This document shows, piece after piece, positions 51,331-63,880 of a stretch of DNA of 64,000 bases. The DNA lies in the NCBI GenBank assembly GCA_043228905.1, contig JBHGNT010000017.1:10106001-10170000 (forward strand). Direction: 5' to 3'. Under the pieces are notes generated by a model, which was given only the letters and a program-made list of their open reading frames with translations, was not told where the DNA came from and did not search any database. Each line of letters opens with the position of its first letter. Within the stretch, counting starts at the first letter, position 1. Origin of the DNA: Azolla caroliniana. Its lineage: Eukaryota > Plantae > Polypodiophyta. Position numbers and translations under genes: made by a program.

Positions 51331-54300
51331 TGGTTTTCATACCTTGAGAAACCGACGCAACTGGGAGTAGTCACAACCGGAGACAACACTCTGCATCCGA
51401 TCGCGAATGTCGGAGATGTTCCCCTGAGCCACGTTGGGAAGAAAGGGAAACTCATGAACGTGCTACACGTTCCGACAATCACGAAGAACTTGGTGTCGGT
51501 CGGACAAATCGTTGACCAAGGGATGCAGGTCTGGTTTACACACCTCGGGTGCTTCATTGAGGAAGAAGGCCGTGTTATTGGGCAAGGGCGCAGAGATGGG
51601 AGGATGTTCATCCTCGACTCTACTGATGGTGGCATCACAATGTTTGCGATGGGACAAAAAGTCGAGTTGGACAACGACTTATGGCACAACGGATAGGCCA
51701 CGTCAACTACCAACGGCTTCAGGACTTGCAATCGAAACAGGTGGTGTTCGGATTGCCCAAATTTAGTGCCCGGAAGGCACAAATTTGTGAAGCCTACCAG
51801 CTTGGGAAACAACAACGACTTCCCTTCCCCAACGAACGTAACCGGAGCCGGAACAAGCTCGACGTGATACACTCCGATGTGTGGGGGCCGACACAAAACG
51901 TTAGTCTTGGCGGGAGCCGATATTTCGTCTCCTTCATTGACGACTACATGCGGCACACGTGGATCTACCTCATTGAGAGGAAGAGCGAAGTCTTCGATTG
52001 TTTCCGGGACCTCAAAGGGTTCGTGGAAACGGAAATAGGAAGGAAGATCAATTTCTTGCCGTCGGATGGCGGAAAAGAATATTTTTTCGGTCAATTCAAG
52101 GTTATCTACAACAGATGGGAATTCGGCGCGAATTCAGTTGTAGATACACGCCGGAGCAAACTGGTGTGGCCGAGAGGAAAAATCGGTCGGTTGTGGAAGC
52201 GGCGCGGGCAATGCTGGAAGAAAAGAGCTTGCCCAAGTTCTACTGGGCCGAGGCGGTAAGGACCGCGGTATACATCCAGAATCGGATCGGAGAAAAATTA
52301 TCGGCGCACGAGCTATATTTCGAAACGAAGCCGAACTTGCGACACTTACGAGTTTTCGGTAGCATTGCGTATGTGCATGTGCCGAAGGAGAAACGGAGGA
52401 AGCTGGATGCAAAGGTCGAGAAATGTATCTTGGTCGGTTACTCGGACAAGTAGAAGGGTTATAAGTGTTATAACCCGCGCACCAAACAAGCGCGCGTGAG
52501 CCGCGACGTTGTGTTTGACGAGTCCGCGTCCTAGTACTTGCCTCCGACTCTGGACCTCACCTCCAATCCGAGTTCTGATGATGAGGTCAGCGAGGCCGAG
52601 ATGCCTCCGGATGAGCCTGAAATCTTGACCCGCGAAGAGAGTCTGATTTCGTTTCAGTTAAGTGGACTGAATGGACGTCTGACTCGGTTCGACCAATCCG
52701 ATGAAGAGCCGACGAGTAGTGGAGACTCGGTCGTGCATTCCCCGCGCAGGAAGCCGAGGAGACGGCTTACGCGCAAAAAGAAAGGGAAGAAGAAGGTGTC
52801 AGATTCCGGCAAGGATAGGAACGAGTCAGACCGACGCGAGTCCGACTCCGAGGGAAGCGGTGACAGGTCTTCAAGAGAGAAGTCCACGTTGACCGAGAAG
52901 ACCTCGATCTCGGCCAATGACCGATTACGCCGATCTACCCACTAGAAGAACCTAGTTGTGCGGTTCAGATACAATGAGTACATGGCGCACCATTATGCGT
53001 ACATGACCCGTGTAGCGGAAGTGCGTGAGCTAGAGAGCTATGCGGAAACGGCTAAGGACGCGAACTGGCGCGCTGCGATGGAGGAAGAGATGCACGCATT
53101 GACCGAAAACAAGACCTGGGAGCTGGTTGATGCACCGAAGGGTGTGAAGCCGATCGAATGTAGGTGGGTGTACAAGGTCAACACCGACGGCTCGGTCAAC
53201 CGATACAAGGCCCGGTTAGTGGCAAAAGGCTACGTGCAGAAACACGACATCGACTATGATGAGACGTTTGCGCCGGTCGCGAAGATTATGACCGTCCGTG
53301 TTTTGCTCACGGTAGTTGCAGCAAAGGGGTGGCACTTACATCAGATGGATGTAAAGAATGCGTTCTTGCAAGGTGAGCTTGAGGAACAGGTGTACATGGT
53401 ACAATCCCCCGGATTTCACTCCGGAACGAACACTTCGGCGGTGTGCTGATTAAAGAAGTCCCTTTATGGACTAAACCAAGCCCCGCATGCCTGGAACGCG
53501 AAGATCACGCAACAACTGCTATATCGGACCGATACAGCCTCGCAGTTGGTCGGCTACACCGATGCTGATTGGGCCGACAACGCCACCGATCGCCAATCCA
53601 CGTCCGGGTACGCGTTCTCTCTTGGGAGTGCTGCGGTAGCCTGGAGTAGTAAGAAGTAGCCGACAGTTGCACTGTCGAGCACCGAAGCCGAGTACCAAGG
53701 AGCGGCTGTCGCGACATGCGAAGCCGTATGGTTGAAACAACTACTTAAGGATTTGCAAGAGGAGGTGCCCGATCCTACGATGATCTACTGCGACAACCTC
53801 AGCAACATCCAGCTCGTGAAGAACCCCGTTTTCCACACACGGACCAAGCACATTCAGGTGCACTACCATTTTGTCCGTGAGCGTGTCCTTTCTGGTGAAG
53901 TCGAACTTCAATATGTTCCGACAGATCGGCAAACTACCGACATCTTAACCAAGCCCCTTGGTCTGGACAAGTTGCGGCACTTCTCGGGTGCGCTTGGGTT
54001 GTGTCACCTCGACATGCCAAACTTGAGGAGGAGAGACGTCCCGAATGACCATGGAAGGAAGCAGGAAAGGAGTGGAGAAGACCGCGACGCCGAGTCAGAT
54101 GACAAATTCGACTTCGGATCGGCTAAAGAAGCCGAGGGCGGACATAAGGGGAGCAGCCGAAAGGAAGAGCCGAAGTCAACCAAGCATGGGTGAGATGATG
54201 TCGTCAAGGGTGAGAAGACCGAAGATGAGTTGGAGACAGCCAACTCGGACGAGAGAGAAAACCGATCGGAGGTAGCCGAGTCGGTTTGGATGCACTGAAT

Positions 54301-55169
54301 CAACCGAGGACCAAGCAGAGAAGAAGGCAGCAGGAGAAGCGCCAACACCGCGACAACAAGGGAGCTGTGAAGGGCCGTGGGAGCAGACAAGCCGACCGGA
54401 AGGGTCAAAGCGCGCGGAGTCGAATAGGCCGAGGAGCGCGAGCGAGGCGTGGAGCCAGGAGAAGCCGGAGCATAGATCCGACGGAGCAGGCGGAACCTCA
54501 AGTTGAGCTTGAGGGGGAGTGTTGAGAGACAAGCTCATCATTTGTGCGCAATACAATGCTAAACCAGTGCGTAGACTGGGTGCGTAAATTTGGTATGCAT
54601 AACATGGTCGTAGCGGTGTGTAAACCGCGAGGCCATTTGAAAGATATTCCTCGTAAGGAATAGTTTTGGGAGTGAGTATCAAGGCTCATTTATGAGCAGT
54701 AAAGTACTGTCAGTACTTGTGTCAGCCCGATTGTCAGGGCTTGTATAAAAGGTGCTCACTAAGCACGATGTATGTACATATTGAGTATTATTTTTTGAAT
54801 TATGTTCTTGTGTTTACTCTCTCTCTCGTGCGTACTGTGCAAACCTAAGCTTTCCATTAAACCTGCATTTTCTGTTGTTCGGTTTCCTACATTGCTTCCG
54901 CACACCATTCTTTTCAAATGAAAAACAAGAAATGACCAACAGTTACAAAGAGATGGAGAAGGTGCTTATGTAGTCACCTTCTCTCTAGATTCTCTCACTA
55001 GAGTCGCCTCTTGGGAAGGAGGTCGAGTCTTAACTACTTAAAGAATATGTGTCATAGGATATTAACTCCTATGACACACTAGTTACTATACAAGGAGGTG
55101 GGGTGTTCACACACTTGAGTATCCTAAAGTGTGTTCCCACACACAGGAAGTTGAGTTTGATTCTCAACA

Positions 55170-57488
55170 TCATCATATAACCTAATGCGGATCGTCTTTA
55201 GTCTACGTCCCCCGACATGTCTGAATCCATAAAACCTGTGAGCATAGGTTTTCTGAAACCATACCTAAGGCACACTCTTGAGGTGCCTTTCAAGTACATG
55301 AGTATCCACTTACTGTTGCCCAGTGTTTTCGACCTAGATTACTCGTTATATCGGCTCACCGTTTCGACTACAAATGCTATGTCTAGTCTTGTACAAACCA
55401 CAACATATATTACACTACCGACCGCCGAGGCATATGGTACTTTCCTCATCTCAACCTTGTCCTTCTCCCCTTTTGGACATTGCCTAACATTTAACTTGCA
55501 ATGAGTTGGCAACGTTTACCTAACTGATTTTGCTTCCAACATGTTAAATCTTTCCAAGATCTTTGTCACATACTTTTGTTGTGACAACCATAGCATGTTC
55601 TTAGTTCTATCAGGAACTATGGGCATCCCCAATATTTGCTTTGCCGGAACAAGATCTATCATGGAAAACGACTTGCCTAGTGCTTTTTTAAGCTCGTTGT
55701 CTTCTTGGTGTCTTGTCTGACCACTAACATGTGTCGTCAACATATAGCAAAAGAATCAAGAAGTCGCCTTCATCATACCTTTTGACAAACACACAATTAT
55801 CAGCTTGTGTTTTATGGAACCCATGTTCTAGCGTGAAGGTTTCAAATTTCTTGTACCATTGGCGTGGAACTTATTTCAGAACATACAAGCTTTTCCTTAG
55901 TTGACACACCAGATTCTCTTTTCCTTTCTTTACAAAGCCTTCGGGCTGTTGCATATAGATCTCTTAGTCTAATTCCATGAATGTTGTCTTGACATCCAAT
56001 TGCTCTATCTCTAGATTCATACTAGCAACAATACCTATACTTGTTCGAATGGATGTCATCTTTACGACTGGTGTGAAGATTTTACGAATGGATATCCTTC
56101 TGGAAGTTTCTAGGTTTTCCACAATAGAAGCATGTGAGCTTTCCACTGGACTTGGACCTAGCATGAGACTTGGCTCTCTTTTATGAACTTCTCTACTTGC
56201 TTCTTCCTCTATCGAGATTTTGAACGATATCTGCCTCCGACTAGGACAGGACACCCTTGTCCTTCCTTCTTGTCTCCTTGTTTAGGATACTTGTCTTTAC
56301 CACTTGCAAGGAAAAGTTTTCTTCTTGGCATGAGGTACTGAGAAACATCACCAGGTTCTCCCAGCTGTACAGTAGGGTACATAGCAGTAACAGGGCCCCC
56401 ATAGCATCATCTAATGGAAAATTTCCTGCTGCAAGTTGACTCACCAACCCCATGAAGGTGTTAATGTGTACAACAATGCTTTCTCCATCTCTGTACTTCA
56501 GTCGCACGATCTTTCTCATTAGAGAGGTTTTGTTGAGGGCATTCTTCCTCTCATACAACCCTAACAGTTTGTGCCACATTTCGTAGAGGTTTGTGTCGTT
56601 AGCCACATGCCGTAGAACACTCACGTCTACACACTGTCTGATGGTGGCCACTGCCTTCCTGTGTAGGAGTTTCCCTTCAGACTCCAATACCCTTGTGGGT
56701 ATTTCACTTCTGCTTATGGGTTCGTACAAAACTTTTGACTATAAGAAGATCTTCCATCTTGATCTTCCAGTCAGAGTAGTTGTGTGAGTTCAGGACTATC
56801 ATACCTAGGAAGCCGCTCACACCTCCTTCCACTCTTGCACCTCGAAGCTCTGATACGAGTTTGTAGAGATCGGACCATAGATCTATGAGAAAGATAAACT
56901 AAAAATGCACAACGCAGAAACAAATAACAACTCTATAGAGAATATACAATAAATACATAGGTTTTATGTGAAAACCCTAAACAAGGGAAAAACCACGGAC
57001 AATAGATCTACACTATACATTAGAGATACAAGAGGGAAAACATATTACAAGGGGTCTGAGATAATAGAGCATTCACCACATAAGATTTTACAAGAGTGCC
57101 ACTCACACTCACACACACTCCCTGTCTCTCGTTTCTTCCTATTCTCTGTTGCGCTAACTTCTGCACTCTACTACAGAAACTCTATAAACCTAGTTTCCCA
57201 CTAAAGTTTGCCCTAACTATTCCTATTTATAGGAAGCATATGTTCTTCTTATTATATAATAATAATTAATTGGTCCGACTTGCCAGTCTTGTTTTCGACC
57301 ATCCAATCAGCCTGACTTGTCGACCTTGCCTTCAAGCTGGAGCATCCATCTAATGTAATCGATTATCATAGTTGAATCTCTATTCCCTTCAAACCATTCG
57401 ACTTGTTGGTCGATTCAATCGACCATCCTGTATTCGACTGCTGACTTCGACTGTCGACTTCTCCCATAGGAGAGACAAATTCCTTACA
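55170..57488 (-). mobile_element. Old, internally deleted Tork-like copia element M; 5' LTR ~56862-57488
   Basis: Degenerate PBS reverse complement GCTCTGATACGA at 56847-56858. Gag 56241-56800 is similar to G gag. RT fragments lie at 55250-56080. RH is interrupted by the K LTR at 55169. Confidence 0.85.
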
Positions 57489-58265
57489 CGTTTTACCCCC
57501 CATCTTCGACTTCTCTTCCATGGTATGTTCTTCCTGTTTTAGGCACTTAATCTGCTATGATATTGTTGTTGCTTGGACCTCATATGCCACCAGTTGAGTT
57601 TGATACGTGGTCTGTACTTTTGTCAGAACTTCTCTGGATCGCTCGAGCATCTGGTCCTGGTCCTCCAACAACTTCGCCTTCTCCTTCTCCGCCTCTTCTC
57701 TCATCTTCGCCCTAGTTTCTGCAAAGATCTTGTCTTGCAACATCAGGGATTCAACCTTCTCCTTCACTTTTTCCCATGCCTCATTGAGCTTCTCCTATTG
57801 CCGATCGAACTCCTTCTTTAGGTCCTTGTGATCTCGATATGACCTGTGGTCGTAAACAATCGTCTCATTCCTTCTGTTGCTAGAGCTCCTCTTGCAGCCT
57901 TTCGATTTCCGGTTCGTCCATTCTTTTGATCAGAGCTCCTTCTGATTATTCTCTCTTTCCTAATGCATCGCCTCCTTTTCCTCCTTTAGACGGTCCATGC
58001 TTCCTTGTATCCTACGGAGTCCCTCCTCCATCGTCAGTTTCTCTTCGGCGGCTATTCTCCACAATAGTTTTTCCTTCTCAACCACCGTTCTTGGGCGGCG
58101 ATGTCTTCTTGCAAGCTTTCTATTTCCTTATCCACTGCTTCTGCCCGTCCAGCTAGATTTTCTTTCTCTGGTTCCTTCTCCGCAACTGGTAGTTCTCTCC
58201 GATCTTCCTCTGTCACTTCTCTCCGATCCTGAACTTGGGGTTCTTGTTCTGGTGTTGTTGTCTTG
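57489..58265 (-). other. Disrupted charged/coiled-coil-like coding remnant of unknown origin, probably a TE accessory ORF
   Basis: Minus-strand peptides KEKVESLMLQDKIFAETRAKMREEAEKEKAKLLEDQ and TTPEQEPQVQDRREVTEED..EIESLQEDIAAQERWL. No domain was recognised. Confidence 0.4.
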
Positions 58266-60506
58266 TGTAAAAAGAAACGTGCGGAAGCAAGTATGAAGAC
58301 TGAACAGAAGAGAGGAAACTCAGATTTAATGGAGAGCTTGGGATTACACAGTATACGCGGGAGAGACAGAGAGAGAAACACAAAAAACTATATTCAACAA
58401 TAATACTTAATCTCTATACATAAGACGTGCTCAGTGAACACTTTTATACAAGCCCTAGAAGGACTGACCGAAGTACTGACAGTACTTCAATGCTCATCAA
58501 GAGCCCCTACACTAACTCCCAAATATATTCCTCACGGAATATCTTTCCTAACGACCTCCCGGTTTACGCACTCGGCCTAACCGATCAGTCCCAACCGATC
58601 CGGTCCTCGGCTTCTTCAGCCGAACCGGCCGATGTTGAGTTTGTCTCTCAACACTCCCCCTCAAGCTCAACTCGAGGCTCTTCGGGATCCTCGGGCTCAC
58701 AGCTCCGGTTCCTCCTGGCTTCACGCCTCGCTCGCGCTCCTCGACCTAATCGACTCCGCGCGCTTTGACCCTTCCGGTCGGCTTGTCTGCTCATGCGGCC
58801 CTTATCAGCTCTTCTGCTGTTGCGGTGTTGACGCTTCTCCTGCTGCCTTTTCTTTCGCTTGGGCCTCGGTTGATTCAGCGTGTCTGAATCAAACATCCGA
58901 ACCGACTCGGCTACCTTCGATCGGTCTTCGCTCTCGTCCGAGTTGGCTGTCTCCAACTCGTCTTCGGTCTTCTCACCCTCAATGGCGTTATCCTCCTCAT
59001 GCGTGGTTGGCTTCGGCTCTCTCCTTCGGCTGCTCCCCTTCCGTCTGCAGTTCGTATGGACACGCTCACGGAACGTACTGAAGTTCGACTTCACCGGAAA
59101 GGACACGCTCACGGATGAAATGGTAATGCACCTCAATGTGCTTGGTCCATGCGTGGAAAACGGGGTTCTTCGCGAGTTGGATGTTGCTGAGGTTATCGCA
59201 ATAGATCGTCGTTGGATCGGACACCTCCTCTTGCAGAAGTAGCCGCTTCAACCATATGGCTTCGCATGTCGCGACAGCCGCTCCTCGGTACTCAGCTTCG
59301 GTGCTCGACAGTGCAACTGTCGGCTACTTCTTACTGCTCCACGTGATCGTGGCACTCCCGAGGGAGAACACGTATCCAGACGTGGATCGGCGATCCGCGG
59401 CGTTGCCAGCCCAATCAGCATCGGTGTAGCCGACGAATTGCGCGGCTGCACCGGTCCGATATAGCAGTCCTCGGTCCTTAGTGCCACTTACATACCGGAG
59501 TACGCGTTGCGCACACTAAAGGTGCTCCTCGGTAGGTCGCGCCATGAAGTGACTGATCACCCCGACCGGATAACTGAGGTCGGGTCAGGTGATGGTCAAG
59601 TATATGAGGCTTCCAACAATTTGTCGAAACCTCGTCGGGTCGCATACCTTTCCCGTATCGGGACGAAGCTTGACGGTTCTGTCCAGAGGAGTCGAGACGG
59701 ACTTACAGTCGGCCATCCCGAATTTGAAGAGCATACTCAGCACGTAGTGACGTTGGCTGATCAATATGCCTTCGGGGGTATGGATCACTTTGATCCCGAG
59801 GAAGTAATGAAGGTCCTCCAGATCCTTCATGTCGAACGATGCTGCAAGCTGGAGCTTCACGCGGTCAATTTCACCGAGGTCGGCGCCGGTGATGACCAAG
59901 TCATCAACATATAGTAAAATACTAACCGGTCTGAGTCGACCTTTCCGGATGAACAGGGAAGAGTCCAATTTTGACGTGACGAAGCCCATTCGACGCAGTT
60001 GTTGCGTGATCTTCGCGTTCCAGGCACGCAGGGCTTGCTTCAGTCCGTAAAGGGACTTCTTCAGTTGGCATACTACCGAGGAGTTCGTTCCGGAGTGAAA
60101 TCCGGGGGGCTGTACCATGTACACCTGTTCCTCAAGGTCACCTTGCAGGAACGCATTCTTTACATCCATCTGATGTAAGTGCCACCCCTTGGCCGCGGCT
60201 ACTGCGAGCAAAACACGGACAGTCGTCATTTTCGCGACCGGCGCAAACGTCTCATCGTAGTCGATGTCGTGTTTCTACGCGTAGCCCTTTGCCACTAGCC
60301 GAGCCTTGTACCGGTTGACCGAGCCATCGGTGTTGTACTGGACTTTGTACACCCATCTACACCCGATCGGCTTCACACCCTTCGGTGCGTCAACCAGGTC
60401 CCAGGTCTCGTTCTCCGCCAATTCGTGCATCTCTTCCTCCATCGCGGCACGCCAATTCGCGTCTTTAGCCGCTTCTGCGTAGCTCTCTGGCTCACGCACT
60501 TCTACT
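58266..60506 (-). mobile_element. 3' half of copia element N (RT-RH-tail); 3' LTR 58266-58653
   Basis: RT 59585-60500 (ILLYVDDL), RH fragments, PPT reverse complement CTCCCCCTC at 58654. The LTR is related to those of A and L. Confidence 0.9.
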
Positions 60507-60699
60507 AGCCGGATAGTGCAGACCCGGTGAGAAGTGCTCACCGGATGAAGAGACATATTCGTAAATATGTTTCTGAGAGTCCATCATGGCTATATTTGTA
60601 AATAGCCGAAAAGTCATATTAGTATAAATATGATTTAGGGAAAACTTTTAGGTGACTGTTGTTATATTCTTGTTGGTGCAATAAAAAGAGAGAGCACGT
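60507..60699 (+). mobile_element. Truncated Tork-like LTR fragment O (B/H family), target of element E
   Basis: Matches the B/H LTR: ACATATTCGTAAATATGTTT..AAGTCATATTAGTATAAATATGA..TTGTTGGTGCAA. Confidence 0.85.
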
Positions 60700-61491
60700 T
60701 GTCGTGAAGAATTTCGGCCAGAGGCGGAAACCGGGAACATTGGCTACATCGGCGGGGTGCAGCGTGTGAACGCACCCATGTACATTTATTGTGAATATCG
60801 AGGGCGCCTTTATGGCGCCGAAGAGTAGTCAAGTCGGGACAGATGATCCCATGTAAGTCGGAATTTGTCCCGCATTGTAATGCCTCCCTTTCCTTGTTCT
60901 ATAAAAGGAAGGGAACGCCCTTTGTAAAAGGGTTGCCCATTTTGCATTAGAGGGTATACCGTTAGGTTTAGGGTTAGCTTCTTCTCCTTCGTATTCGTTT
61001 AGGGTTTGCTGCAGCTCATCTCCTGCGCAAGACCCCGCTCGGCGCGACGAGCCCATGAGCTCCCCGACGGCGGCTTGGCAGCAGACGACTACTATAACCT
61101 ACCTCAGTCCGGCTCGAAGCCGGGAATGTATTCTTCATATATATATACATACATATACGTTTATGTTTGTCTGTGTATATTCGCGTCGTTGTTGGCGTCG
61201 GGTGCTTACCCTCTCCTGCGTTTTCTGTACATAAGGCGTGAGTCGGGTTGAGCTGCGTGTGCGTGCGTGTGTGTGTGTGCGTGAGTCGGTGTTAAGCACG
61301 CTCTCTCTCTCTCTCTCTCTCCCTTCGGTTGCTTCCGGTGTGTTTCTGGGATGCCCCAGAAACAGTGAAGCACGACTCCCTATGCTCCATCACTCTCTCG
61401 TCCAAGACTCCCGTGGTCCCGCCTTTCTCCACGCACGTGCGTAACAACGCGACATATTTGGTGAACCCGACGTGAAAGGCGGCAAGGGAGG

Positions 61492-62931
61492 ATGGAGTCG
61501 GAAGACGATGACCTTGCGGAGATGGCTGCAGAAGGGGTGTTGGAGTCGGCACGAGTGGTGATGAGGCGAGAAGTAGCGCAACAAGTGGTTGAGTGAGTGG
61601 TCGAAAGAGTCGGCCGTTTCAACAGGGACAAAGTCCCATCTTACTTCGAAGCCTACACCGCGGAAATGGAGGAGCATGGCGTAGACGAGGCGTTGAGGCT
61701 GGAGTTCTTCTGTCGGGTCGTGGCTGTCCGGATGCATGCGGGAATAAAGGAGCTCCGAGAGGCTCATAGTTCGTGGGAGGCCTTTGAAGAGGCGCTCCTG
61801 AAGGCATACGGAGGACGGTGGAAGAGCCGGGGGTGGCACGACTTTGACCAGTGGGTAGCATCGGCAAAGACCCACCGGGGCACGACGAAGGCGTTCCGAG
61901 AGTTTGAGCGACGACTTGCTCGGCTCCCGGAGCGGGAACAAGGTTTGGTGGGGGCGGACAAAGTCCTTTTGTTCGTCAGGTCGATCGACCGAAAGGAACG
62001 GGAAGCCATCGGGATTGAGCTCGAAGTCGATGACGGAACGAATGGGCTTACGGAGGACTGGTCGAAGGTCGGAAGGGTGTGCCAACGGCTAGATGATGAG
62101 CGAGCCGAGAAGGCTAAGAGGAAGGGGCGCGACGGCGTGCCATCACAGCGGGAGGAGGCCGAATGGAAAAGGGAGTTGGCAAGGATCGGCGTTGGGGCCA
62201 GGATTGCGGAGGCGTATGCAGCTCTCGAGGCGATGCTCGAGGAAGAGGAAAGATCAAGGCCGCAAGCCGAGACTGAGAAGACGGGCCTGCCCCACGCGAC
62301 GGCGGAAGATCAGTACGACGGTACCATGGGACAGGGTGCGGAACGAAACTCCCTCTCGACTTGCGGAGATAGAACGGCCAAGGACGAGGCTGAGATACCG
62401 ATCGCGGAACCGGAACATTGGGACCAACGGTTTTGGGCGTGTCAGCCCGAGATCCCGGTCATTGGAGAAGCAAGCCCAGACGGGGCTTGCGCGATCGGTA
62501 AGAAGACGACCGCCGACCATGGAGAGCCGGTGGCTACGGACAAGGGCGTAAAACGGACGAGCGATTCTTTGTGTCTTCCCACACTTGCTCCCGAGACAAT
62601 GGCAGTCGGGCCCGAGTGCCCACGTGAGTCCCAAGCGGAGGAAGGCGGCGGCGAAAGGGCAAGAATCACCGGCGAGACGATACGGGGAAGGAGCGGACAA
62701 AAGCCCATGGACCCAATTTCGGAGAACTCGGCATTCGGGCCCGTATGCCCATATAAGACCAAGGAGATGGATGGCGATACCGAGGAGTCCTGGCACGATG
62801 CCAGCGAAGACGGATGGGAGACGGCTTGCGGGAAGGCCGAGGATGGACACGACACGTGGAGATCGGCATTCCGATACGGGTGGAGCGTGATCCGGTCGTG
62901 GGTCGTTCGATCGAGGCCGGACTCGGCATAA
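61492..62931 (+). pseudogene. Capsid-like Gag plus acidic tail of element E (one TGA at 61594)
   Basis: FDQWV..FREFERRLARL..DKVLLFVRSID..GLTEDWSKV aligns with C Gag FEDWV..FSAFESRFGRL..DKVIMFLRAVD..GLTETWESV. No CCHC or protease was seen. Confidence 0.75.
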
Positions 62932-63335
62932 AGGTGCCGATATGGGAGGGGGTGCGGGACGAGCCGCCCTCTTTTACATGGGGAGAAAGACCGACCGGGC
63001 GAAGGTCGAGATTTGGAAAGAGAATGAAAGCCGGTCCTACCGGATTCCTTACACCGATCCGGCTGCAGGCCCGAGTGTCGGCGTGAGTCCTATAAGGGAG
63101 ATCGGTGGCGACAGGAGAACGGGACTCGGCAATCCGGAGAAGGATGAATGGACCTGGACGAGAACCGGGCGGAGCGGATTCTCGGATGACCATTCCGGGA
63201 GGGAGGAAGAGAGCAGGCCTATGAAGAGGCCGAGGACACGGTACGTCGGTACCATGGGAGAGGGTGCGAAACAAAACGCCCTCTCGGCAATGCGGAAAAG
63301 GACGACCCGGGACAGGGTCAAGAAGGCGAGGCGGC

Positions 63336-63880
63336 CTACGGAGGATCCTTCACACCGGTTCTAGAGACTTCGGCGGTCGGCAATGCGGCCGATGTAAGAC
63401 CAAGATACTGACGGTGGCGGCGAGGTGACGAAGGCAAGGGCTACGGATGGAAGGTCTACGGAGGATCCTTCACACCAGTTCTAGAGACTTCGGCGGTCGG
63501 CAACGCGGCCGACGTAAGACCAAGATACTGACGGTGGCGGCGAGGTGACGAAGACAATGGGCGTAAGGAAGTCCGGTCCTACGGGATCCCCACACTTAAC
63601 CAGAGACTTCGGCAGTTCGGCCAACGTGGCAACATGAGACCGAGAGAGAAGGTTGGTGGCGACGGGAAATGGGACCCGACTACGCGGAAGACACGAGGAG
63701 AGTCCGGGAGGGACTCAAACAAAAGACACTCTAGTTTCGGCAAGCATAGAAACGGAGTCCGGTCCTATGGGACCCTCACACCGATCCGGAGACTCCGACA
63801 GTTCGGCCAACGTGGCAACGTGAGACCGAGGGAGAAGGACGGTGGTGGCAGGGAACGGGACCCGACGACACGAGGTATCG
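63336..63880 (+). repeat. Tandem modules inside E (two ~120-bp near-identical units, then two diverged longer units)
   Basis: CTACGGAGGATCCTTCACACC.GTTCTAGAGACTTCGGCGGTCGGCAA recurs at 63336 and 63456; related units lie at ~63570 and ~63757. Confidence 0.85.

Larger units (their letters stand above)
44361..54916 (+). mobile_element. Decayed copia element L; LTRs 44361-44767 and 54520-54916; 5-bp TSD AATGA; interrupted by G
   Basis: AATGA occurs at 44356-44360 and 54917-54921. PBS TGGTATCAAAGC 44768-44779, gag ATG 44850. The protease is split by G, and RT has an internal deletion at ~53520. Confidence 0.94.
32461..55169 (-). mobile_element. Fragmented copia element K (pieces 32461-32611, 37364-38177, 43336-44360, 54917-55169), host to D, H and L
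   Basis: Integrase YYVTFIDDFSR is split by D. PR WLVDSGASNHM ~37970-38010, gag ~43340-44104, PBS reverse complement 44239-44250. The 5' LTR (44251-55169) is split by L. Confidence 0.8.
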
